Of a DNA stretch of 48,139 bases, positions 16,997-25,600 are shown in pieces. The DNA comes from Candidatus Woesearchaeota archaeon (GTDB taxonomy: Archaea > Nanobdellota > Nanobdellia > Pacearchaeales > GW2011-AR1), in contig CAYXZJ010000002.1 of assembly GCA_964470085.1 (NCBI GenBank), forward strand, positions 1,467-49,605, in the 5' to 3' direction. Positions within the stretch are counted from its first letter, which is position 1, and each line of letters starts with the position of its first letter. The notes beneath the pieces were generated by a model. The model searched no databases. It saw nothing but the letters and a program-made list of their open reading frames with translations, and had not been told where the DNA came from. A program made the position numbers and the translations under genes.

Positions 16997-17905
16997 ATGG
17001 AAGAAAATGAAATAAATTCTTACAAAAAAGCTGGAAAAATAGCTGACGAAATAAAAAAAGAACTAATTAACTTTGTAAAACCAAATATAAAATTATTAGA
17101 TATTGCTAATTTTATAGAAAATAAAATCTATAAACAAAACGCAGTTCCAGCTTTTCCAACAAATTTAAGTATAAATGAAATAGCTGCACATTATACTCCC
17201 ATTCCAAACGACACAAAAGAGGCAACAGAATTAATAAAAATAGATTTTGGAGTTTGTGTAAATGGATTTATCGCAGACACCTCTATATCATTTGATCTTT
17301 CAGAATCAAAAAAATACGAAGAAATGATTGAATTAAATAAAAAAATTCTTAAAAATATTACAAATATACTTAGTCTAAATTCACAAATAAAAGATATTGG
17401 GGAAATGGCAACAAATACACTTGAAGAGTATAATAAAAAAAATAAAACCAATTACAAATTAATTCATAGTCTATGCGGACATGGTTTAGGTGAAAATTTA
17501 ATTCATACTGGACCAACAATACCAAATTACAAAAATAGTTCTACAAAAAAATTACCAAATTCAGGTTTTGCAATTGAACCATTTGTAACAACTGGAGTTG
17601 GCGATATATACGAAGGAATTGGGGGAAATATATTTTGTATCAATTCGGAAAACATTGTACGAGATAGAGACGCAAGAAAACTATTAGATTATATAAAAAT
17701 TAATTATAAGACAAGACCTTTTTGTGAAAGATGGTTAGTAAATGCGGGGTTTACCAGAACTAGATATTTATTAAAATTATTAGAACAAAACGGAACAATA
17801 TATCAATATCCTTTATTAATAGAAAAAGGAAAAGAACCAGTAAGTCAAGTTGAAAATACATTTATCTGTACAGAAAACGAAGTATTTTGTACAACTGAAT
17901 TATAA
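16997..17905 (+). CDS. map: Methionine aminopeptidase, type 2 (archaeal)
   Basis: INEIAAHYTP, DFGVCVNGFIADT, LCGHGLG, AIEPF, and the overall ~300-aa pita-bread fold pattern. Confidence 0.9.
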   Translation: MEENEINSYKKAGKIADEIKKELINFVKPNIKLLDIANFIENKIYKQNAVPAFPTNLSINEIAAHYTPIPNDTKEATELIKIDFGVCVNGFIADTSISFDLSESKKYEEMIELNKKILKNITNILSLNSQIKDIGEMATNTLEEYNKKNKTNYKLIHSLCGHGLGENLIHTGPTIPNYKNSSTKKLPNSGFAIEPFVTTGVGDIYEGIGGNIFCINSENIVRDRDARKLLDYIKINYKTRPFCERWLVNAGFTRTRYLLKLLEQNGTIYQYPLLIEKGKEPVSQVENTFICTENEVFCTTEL

Positions 17906-17930
17906 TCGCTTATCCTATAATTACAATAAT

Positions 17931-17939
17931 TTTTATAAA
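17931..17939 (+). promoter_or_regulatory. TATA-like box for the RPA gene
   Basis: ttttataaa is centred ~26 nt upstream of the ATG at 17961. Confidence 0.35.
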
Positions 17940-17960
17940 CACACTTACATAAAGACAAAT

Positions 17961-18896
17961 ATGCAAAATTATGATTTATTAATTGAAAGAATAAGTAAAG
18001 CCTCTAATTTATCAAAAGAAGAAATTGAAAAAAGAGTTGAGTCAAAAAAAACAAAATTATCTGGTTTAATATCAAAAGAAGGTGCAGCACAAATAATTGC
18101 AGCGGAATTAGGAATTAGTTTTGAGAATCAGGAATTAAAAATAACTGAATTAATGCCAGGAATGAGAAAAGTTAATGTAACTGGGAAAATAATAAACATT
18201 TTTCCAATTCGAGAATATGAAAAAAACGGGAAATCAGGAAAGGTGGCAAACTTTATATTAGCTGACGAAACCGGTAATTGTAGAACTGTTCTCTGGGATG
18301 TTAATCATATTGCATTAATAGAAACTGAACAAATAAAAATTGGCTCTGTTGTTGAAATAAAAAATGCATCCACAAGAGATAACGAAATACATTTGTCTAG
18401 TTTTAGTGATATTAAACCAATTCAAAAAGAAATGAATGAAATTAAAACACAAAGAGAAACAAAAGAAAAAAGTTTATCTGAAATATCTAATGGAGATTCT
18501 ATTAAAATAAGAGGTATAATTGTACAAGTTTTTCCAATAAGATTTTATAGTGTTTGTCCACAATGTAATAAAAAAGTTTCGGAAATAGATGGATACATTT
18601 GTCAAGAACATGGGAAAATAGAACCACAGAAAAGAGGAATATTAAATTTAGTACTTGATGATGGAACAGATTCAATAAGAACTGTTTTGTTTAGTGAAAA
18701 TATAAACAAATTACAAAATGAAAAAGAATTAGAAAATACAGAAATATTTGAAACGTTTAAACAAAAATTTTTAGGAACGGAAGTATACATTGAGGGTAAT
18801 GTGAGAAGAAACAGTTTATTTAATAACTTAGAATTAATTGGAACAAACGTTCAAATTGTTAATATTGATGAGTTAATTAAAAAATTGGAAAATTAA
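17961..18896 (+). CDS. rpa: Replication protein A (single-stranded DNA-binding, OB folds + zinc finger)
   Basis: MQNYDLLIERISK...ISKEGAAQIIAAELGI N-terminal domain, OB-fold (VNVTGKIINIFPIREYEKNGKSGKVANFILADETGNCRTVLWD), CPQCNKKV...YICQEHG zinc motif. The track start at 17850 overlaps map and precedes the TATA box. Confidence 0.85.
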   Translation: MQNYDLLIERISKASNLSKEEIEKRVESKKTKLSGLISKEGAAQIIAAELGISFENQELKITELMPGMRKVNVTGKIINIFPIREYEKNGKSGKVANFILADETGNCRTVLWDVNHIALIETEQIKIGSVVEIKNASTRDNEIHLSSFSDIKPIQKEMNEIKTQRETKEKSLSEISNGDSIKIRGIIVQVFPIRFYSVCPQCNKKVSEIDGYICQEHGKIEPQKRGILNLVLDDGTDSIRTVLFSENINKLQNEKELENTEIFETFKQKFLGTEVYIEGNVRRNSLFNNLELIGTNVQIVNIDELIKKLEN

Positions 18897-18997
18897 TAAT
18901 ACCGTCAATATTCGTGTATTTTTATATAAAAATTTTGTCATTTTTAAAATATTTTTTTAATTTATCGTCGATTACATCATATAAAATCATATAAATG

Positions 18998-19006
18998 TTT
19001 ATAAAG
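18998..19006 (+). promoter_or_regulatory. TATA-like box for radA
   Basis: tttataaag is centred ~26 nt upstream of the ATG at 19028. Confidence 0.35.
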
Positions 19007-19027
19007 AATTATTGGTATATGATGATT

Positions 19028-20059
19028 ATGGTAAAGGAAGAAGATAGTTCTGAAGAGATTAAAGAAGTAAAGGAAACTGTAAAAAAAACTACAAAAAAGA
19101 AAGAAGAAAAAGAACCACAACTAATCGATTTACCTGGAGTTGGTCCAGGAGCGGTTGCAAAATTAGAAGCAGCTGGAATATTTGATTTAATGGGATTAGC
19201 AGTATTAACTCCTTCTAGTTTATCAGAACTTGCAGGAATGACAGAAACAGTTGCAAGAAAAGCAATACAAGCTGCACGAGAAATGATGAATTTAGGATTT
19301 AAAGATGGATTACAATATGTAGAGGATAGAAAATCCATTGGTTATATTACAACAGGAAGTAAAAATGTCGATAATCTTCTGGGTGGAAGGGGAATAGAAA
19401 CGAAATCGCTTACTGAGGCTTTCGGTGCTTTTGGTTCTGGAAAGACTCAGCTGGCGCACTCGTTAGCTGTATCCGTACAACTACCGATAGAGAAAGGTGG
19501 TTGTAATGGAAAAGCTGTTTATATCGATACTGAAGGAACTTTTAGACCTGAGAGAATAAAACAATTTGCAGAAGGAATTGGAGCAAATCCTGAAAAAGTT
19601 TTAAAAAATATTTTAGTTGCAAGAGCATTTAACTCAGATCATCAAATGTTATTATTGGATAAAGTTGCTGAATTAATAAAAGATGGAGAACCAATAAAAT
19701 TAGTTATTGTAGATTCTCTAACAGCACATTTCAGAGCCGAATTTACAGGAAGAGGACAATTAGCAGATAGGCAACAAAGATTAAACAGATATTTACACCA
19801 ATTACAACGATTAGCTGAACAATATAATTTAGCAGTTTATGTGACAAATCAAGTTATGTCAGACCCTGCCCAACTATTCGGAGATCCAACAAAAGCTATT
19901 GGTGGAAATATTGTAGGACACGCATGTACATTTAGAATGTATATTAGAAGAGGTAAAAAAGATACTAGAGTTATAAAATTAATAGATAGTCCTAATTTAC
20001 CAGAAAATGAAACTATATTCGCAATAGAAGAAAGTGGATTAAAAGACGTAGCTGCTTAA
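19028..20059 (+). CDS. radA: DNA repair and recombination protein RadA
   Basis: HhH (IDLPGVGPGAVAKLEAAGI), Walker A GAFGSGKTQLAH, Walker B LVIVDSLTAHFR, and the typical C-terminus. The track start at 18995 lies inside or upstream of the TATA box. Confidence 0.95.
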   Translation: MVKEEDSSEEIKEVKETVKKTTKKKEEKEPQLIDLPGVGPGAVAKLEAAGIFDLMGLAVLTPSSLSELAGMTETVARKAIQAAREMMNLGFKDGLQYVEDRKSIGYITTGSKNVDNLLGGRGIETKSLTEAFGAFGSGKTQLAHSLAVSVQLPIEKGGCNGKAVYIDTEGTFRPERIKQFAEGIGANPEKVLKNILVARAFNSDHQMLLLDKVAELIKDGEPIKLVIVDSLTAHFRAEFTGRGQLADRQQRLNRYLHQLQRLAEQYNLAVYVTNQVMSDPAQLFGDPTKAIGGNIVGHACTFRMYIRRGKKDTRVIKLIDSPNLPENETIFAIEESGLKDVAA

Positions 20060-20070
20060 TTTTTTATTAA

Positions 20071-20754
20071 TTATTTTAATCTAGATAAATTAAAATTCAT
20101 CTTTGAATTCTCTTTAAATTCTTCGAACGATAAAACTATTTTTTGAATTCTTTTCTTATTATTTTTTATTTTCTTTTTTATCATCTTTTTATTCTTTTCA
20201 GTTATTTTCTGTATTTTTCTTTTATTTATTTTGGTTAATTTCTGAATTTTATAAGAGATATTCAACGATATACAAACATCAATTAAGAAAAAGCCAAAAA
20301 CGACACCAGAAATAAAAAATAAATCTGGAGTATATAAGATAAAATTAGATACTTCTTCAATAACTGGATATACAAAATAATAAAACATCAAAGATAATAA
20401 TGTCCAAATAAAAGAAAATAGAGGACAAATTATTCCTTTATAGTTTAATTTATTTTTTGAATAATCCCATAATTTTATTTGAAAATATTTTTCAAAAAAT
20501 AAACCAGTAATTAATTCTAGAATTGTTATAGAAAAAGCAAATAATAAAATTTTTAGTAAAATATTAATTTCTAAACTAGACAAAATATACAACACAAGTA
20601 CACCAAAACCATATAATGGTAAATACGGACCTTTCAAAAAACCAGGATCAATTACATTCTTTGATTTGTGAACAATATTTCTAAAACAAAACTCTAAAAT
20701 ATAACCAGCAAAAGCACCCAATAAAAAAATAACTATTAAATTAACTATTCTCAT
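20071..20754 (-). CDS. Multi-pass membrane protein with Lys-rich C-terminal tail
   Basis: Probable start is MRIVNLIVIFLLGAF (20754). FLKGPYLPLYGFG resembles the PF06541 'ABC-transporter type IV' family motif (recall only). The 5' end overlaps the Nop10 3' end by 14 nt. Confidence 0.6.
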   Translation of the reverse strand: MRIVNLIVIFLLGAFAGYILEFCFRNIVHKSKNVIDPGFLKGPYLPLYGFGVLVLYILSSLEINILLKILLFAFSITILELITGLFFEKYFQIKLWDYSKNKLNYKGIICPLFSFIWTLLSLMFYYFVYPVIEEVSNFILYTPDLFFISGVVFGFFLIDVCISLNISYKIQKLTKINKRKIQKITEKNKKMIKKKIKNNKKRIQKIVLSFEEFKENSKMNFNLSRLK

Positions 20755-20908
20755 GTTTCCGTTTTTCAGTAAAATATTTAGATGAATCCTTTGGAGCATC
20801 TCGTATTTGTTTAAATTTATACCCTGAATCTAAACACTCTGATCCACATTTTCTACATATATTCGTCAAATTGTATTCTTTACAAACAGTACATTGTTTT
20901 AGACCCAT
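20741..20908 (-). CDS. nop10: Nop10-like zinc-ribbon protein (H/ACA RNP component), 55 aa
   Basis: Absent from the track. MGLKQCTVCKEYNLTNICRKCGSECLDSGYKFKQIRDAPKDSSKYF has CxxC..YxL..CxxCG. It lies immediately downstream of aIF2alpha (TAATG overlap), the conserved archaeal aIF2alpha-nop10 gene order. Confidence 0.55.
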   Translation of the reverse strand: MGLKQCTVCKEYNLTNICRKCGSECLDSGYKFKQIRDAPKDSSKYFTEKRKHENS

Positions 20909-21615
20909 TACTTCTTTTCCTCTTTAAATTCAAAAATACAATTGTTTTGTTTTGCCTTCTCTTTCATATTATCTATTATATTTAATATTTCTTGTTTACC
21001 TTGTTTAAAATCAATAGCACTATATTTCAATATAAAATTACCCGCAGAAATATAAATAATTTTTAATTTGTCATTGTTATTTTCAAGTACTTTCTTTATT
21101 CTCAAAATACCATCCGATTCAAGGCAACTAATTGAAACTGAATATTTTATCTCAACTAAATTATGCCTTTTTTCATTTATCTTTTTTATATGCTCTATAC
21201 ATTCACTGGGAATATATTTAGCTATTAATTCGTCGTTCATTTGATTAATAAAATTTAACAAACTACCAAAATCATTGATAATTTTTTCTTTAACTTCTTT
21301 ACAATCTTCTTTTAATATTTGTTCAAATGCTGAATCTATCGCAACCTTTTGTTTATATTCTTTCATCACCTCTTGTTTTTCTTTTAAACTAACTCTTCGT
21401 AAAGACAAATCTAAAGAATCTAAACCAACTAATAAAACTTTACAAACTATTTTTTTGTTTGGAACAACATACATTCTCATATATTTTATTCTTCCAGATG
21501 CAATTTCTGAAGAAATAATGGTTCCCTTAGTTCCATCGTCTAAAACCACACTAGTTACCGTATTCCCAACATCTTTAACGGTACATAAAACCAAATCTCC
21601 TTCCTTATATCTCAT
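20908..21615 (-). CDS. eif2a: Translation initiation factor 2 alpha subunit (aIF2alpha)
   Basis: An S1 domain (GDLVLCTVKDVGNTVTSVVL...SSEIASGRIKYMRMYVVPNKKIVCKVLLVG...LDLSLRRVSLKEKQE) followed by a helical and an alpha-beta domain. Confidence 0.85.
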   Translation of the reverse strand: MRYKEGDLVLCTVKDVGNTVTSVVLDDGTKGTIISSEIASGRIKYMRMYVVPNKKIVCKVLLVGLDSLDLSLRRVSLKEKQEVMKEYKQKVAIDSAFEQILKEDCKEVKEKIINDFGSLLNFINQMNDELIAKYIPSECIEHIKKINEKRHNLVEIKYSVSISCLESDGILRIKKVLENNNDKLKIIYISAGNFILKYSAIDFKQGKQEILNIIDNMKEKAKQNNCIFEFKEEKK

Positions 21616-21650
21616 ATACACATATACCAAAGGAGTTTTTTAAAACTATC

Positions 21651-22652
21651 TTATTTCTTTTTAACACTTTTTTTCTTAAATTTAAATACATAAACTGTAT
21701 ACACAACAATTAGAACCACAGCGATTACAAATCCAAACCCATCAAAGAATGGAAGTGAAACAACATTTCCACAATCAATTTTTCTTGTAGCATCACGACA
21801 AAAAACGGGTCTAGCATCATCCTCTTTACAAGAATTAGGTTCCAGATTTCCCTCTTTATCATATGCACAATATTCTGCTTTTATTTTGTCTAATCTATAT
21901 TCATCACCAGCAGTACAATTTCCCTCAGATATAGTAGTAGATGTTGTACATTTATAATAACTATCTTCTTTTAATGTACCATCCTCCTTAGTTCCAACAA
22001 CTCTATAACTTGCACCACATGTATTTGTAGTAGAATTCCAAACACATGAACAATCAGATGCATATTCAAATTCATTCCCAGATCTAGTTATTACTCCATC
22101 ACAAAAATTTTCTATATTTACAATTTTTTCATTAGTCACTTCCGCTACATGACTTGTATCGTTTTCGCAATCTTCTTTTATTGTATAATCACTACACATA
22201 ATTATATCACTTTTTTCTAAACTACAAACACCTTTATCAATTTCACATTTATATCCTGGACTACAACATGTTGTCCTTGAACCATATGTATCTGTTCTAT
22301 AACAATCTTCTTTACTAGAAACAATGGGATTATCTTCATCATCAACAATCCAGAAAGGACCACCAGATTCTTTATCATTATAACAATAAGATTGTCCTGG
22401 ATAAACGACATAAAACTGAATTGTATTATCATTACTTATACCATTCAATATACTTGGAGAATTAATTTCCAAAACAATATTTTGTACACCAGGAAGTGGA
22501 AATGGATATGAAAACTCATTTGTTTCTCCCAGAACTACATTTGTTCCATAAGAGTACCATCTATATGTAATATCATCAGATTCACAATTTACTATATTTA
22601 ATACAAAACAAAACAAAACAAAAAATAATATCACCTTTTTTGAAATCATCAT
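21651..22652 (-). CDS. Secreted Cys-rich surface protein with signal peptide and C-terminal TM anchor
   Basis: N-terminal MMISKKVILFFVLFCFVLNIVNC, about 30 Cys, and the C-terminus LPFFDGFGFVIAVVLIVVYTVYVFKFKKKSVKKK. Confidence 0.8.
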   Translation of the reverse strand: MMISKKVILFFVLFCFVLNIVNCESDDITYRWYSYGTNVVLGETNEFSYPFPLPGVQNIVLEINSPSILNGISNDNTIQFYVVYPGQSYCYNDKESGGPFWIVDDEDNPIVSSKEDCYRTDTYGSRTTCCSPGYKCEIDKGVCSLEKSDIIMCSDYTIKEDCENDTSHVAEVTNEKIVNIENFCDGVITRSGNEFEYASDCSCVWNSTTNTCGASYRVVGTKEDGTLKEDSYYKCTTSTTISEGNCTAGDEYRLDKIKAEYCAYDKEGNLEPNSCKEDDARPVFCRDATRKIDCGNVVSLPFFDGFGFVIAVVLIVVYTVYVFKFKKKSVKKK

Positions 22653-22693
22653 ATATTTTTTTTTACCGCCTAAACTTTATAAATTTACTTAAT

Positions 22694-25600
22694 TCAAAAT
22701 CTCGTTACATTAAATACAACACTAGCAATTCCATTTATAATTTTATATAACTCACCTATCTTCGGGGAAGTTACACATGGACAATATTCACCTTCCTTAC
22801 AAAATTTATTACATATACAGGTATATTTATCACCATTTAAAGTGTAAATTGTATCTTTATTAGATTCATTACATGATAAATAATATTTTAACGTAATTTG
22901 TTTCGTCTCATAATTATTTTGATTATTAAATCCAAATGTTAATTCTACATTCTTTGAAAGATATATTCGGCCATCATCCATTAAAGTAGGAACCATATCT
23001 AAAATCGTATCATCCTTAGGATTGAACATAACAGTTATGTTCTGCGATTGACCTTTCTCTAATATTATAGAATCTTCTATTGTTCTAGATTCATTATTAA
23101 TAAAATTACTAGGTTCAATTATTAACTGAAATTCGTCTGTATTTACATTTAAGGTTAAATCTGTAACATCCACTTTTCCTATATTTGTTATGTTATATTT
23201 CCACATATTCTCCTCTATAGATGAAATTTCATTAATCAATACATTCACATCACAATTACCAACCATTATTGATTGCTTACCTGAGCTTATACAAGAACCA
23301 GCTAGAGAACATACATCTAATTTATACTCGTATTTTTCACTATCTGCTAATCTTGTCTCAAATTCCCAATAATCGTTTGTATTAATATTTCCAGGTCTAA
23401 CATTTGATTCATATAAAAATTCAATTTCCGAAGAATCTAATGATTCATTAAAAATCTTAAATTCATCAATAAATCCATTAAAATATCCATAAGAACCACC
23501 ACCTATTATTGTAGGTGAATATAATGTTTTTGAAATTTTTGAACTATTTTTAACATTGTGCCCATTAAGATATAACATTATTTTATTTGAATCACAAACA
23601 ACCATTATATGATTCCAATCATTACCAATATCTGCATTATACGTCAACAAAGCAGGCATATAATTCGTTCCATGTCCATAAACAGAAATTCCATTAGTTC
23701 CAACTGACAAACCTAATCCCGCTCCTGTGTCTCCATGATGATCAGGCCAAACAGCATATTTTTGTCCTGCAACTCCAAGAGTTCCATCTAATGAATTTCC
23801 ATCTATTTCATGTTCTTCATTTGTTTTAATCCAACCACCAAACGAGAAAGAATTATCTACAAAATTTTTAACTTTAGTATTAAAATTTGATTTATTATTT
23901 GCAACAAATTTCAAGGCCCCACCATAAATACCATTTTCGTTCCATATTCCATTATTATTATCTCCATATTCCCCAAAAACTCCACTTCTCATATCATTAC
24001 TACTATCGAAACTTACAGAATATATCAAATTAGACATATCTAAATTCTTATTTAGTGTTCCTTTTGTAAACGAAATATTTTTTAGTAATTTAGAGTCATA
24101 TATTCCATACTTTAAAATTGGATTTAATTCCGAAACACAATTTATTCTTGGTTGTATTATATTTGTTTTAATATCTATAATATTTGAACTAGTACATCTA
24201 TTATTTTCACACGTGTATAAATTCGAAGAACAAGTACCACAATTAATACCATATTCTTCAATACGTCCACATTGATATTTTCCTTCACATATTTTTTTTC
24301 TTAAACTATAAATTGTAGAATTTTTATTATTTTCAGACCAAGTTAACTTTGGATAATCCGAGTCAACTAATTTCCACACTCCACCCAAATCCCATTCTTT
24401 AAATAAACCAGAACGAGATATACCTGTTCCAGTGACCTTTGTACTACCTATATCTGTTATACCATTTACATTTGAATTTAAATTTGTAAAAGCATTAATT
24501 GATAGAGATGAATCCCAACATTTTGGTTTTTGACGTGCACACCAAAAAGAACCACATTTACAACTTTTACCCCACGCTCTACAAGAATTATAGTCACATT
24601 CCTCTTTGTATTCAGTTCCACATATTGACTGAGAATATACTAAGTCAAGATTATTATTTTTATTCCATGATGTAAAACAACCCTCTACTGAAGAATCATA
24701 GTTTAAACCAGCAATATTTAATACGTTTTCTTTAGTAAAACTATTTTTTATAACCGCAGAATTCACTCCGATAAATCCACCAACATATGTTCTTCCATTT
24801 ATTGTGTTTAAAGCAGAGTAACAATTAGTTATTTCTCCATTTTCAACATATCCAGCAAATCCACCAACATATGTCGTCCCTTTACCGTTTTTTTTAGAAC
24901 CTGAAATTCCAACATTTGAATTTCTAACATAAGAATTAGTTATTGTTGATGATACAACATATCCAACCAAACCTCCAAAATATTCTGAATTAGTTAAAAT
25001 AGGTTGAATATATGTATCACTAACAAAACAAGAATCAATTATCCCATGACTTTTACCAACCAAACCTCCAATATTATTTCCAGAAACATCAGGAACATCC
25101 AGCTGACTTGCAGAAACAAATGGAATTAACGGAAGCAAAACAGGGGCTATGACCTCAATTGTACCACCTTGTTCATAATGCTTTAAACACTCTTCATCAC
25201 CCATACAAGCCTCGTATCCTGATGCATAATTTTTTGATACTATTGTTGTTACACCGTTATTATCTGTTGAACTACTTACTTCTTCATAATCATCGTCATA
25301 AGAAGAGTCATCAATAACAACAGGTTCACCACAATTACCATCTGAATGATGCCAACCTTCACTATCTACACACCCACCGAATTCTTCAATATAATCTTCA
25401 ATAGTATATTCATTCTCATAAAAAGCAATATAATCATCTGACCCTTTTTCAAAACATTGTCCACTCGAAAAATATACCCCATCACATGTACTTTCAGAAA
25501 AATAATAACATGCATCCTCTTTCCAATCAAAATTTTTATTAGAACATCCCTTTTCATTTAATTGCCAACTATTACTCGTCGTATTATAATACAATTCTGA

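Noticed and set aside
17191-17451. 86-aa minus-strand ORF
   Set aside because: Antisense shadow inside map.
17850-17960. 37-codon N-terminal extension of the RPA ORF
   Set aside because: It overlaps the map 3' end and precedes the TATA-like box. The sequence is low-complexity Asn/Tyr, and RPA homology begins at MQNYDLL.
18602-18790. 62-aa minus-strand ORF
   Set aside because: Antisense shadow inside the RPA gene.
19009-19338. 109-aa minus-strand ORF
   Set aside because: Antisense shadow inside radA.
21275-21643. 122-aa plus-strand ORF
   Set aside because: Antisense shadow inside aIF2alpha.
22217-22432. 71-aa minus-strand ORF
   Set aside because: Alternative frame inside the 333-aa Cys-rich gene.
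23190-23372. 60-aa plus-strand ORF
   Set aside because: Antisense shadow inside the giant surface gene.
25366-25557. 63-aa minus-strand ORF
   Set aside because: Alternative frame inside the giant surface gene.
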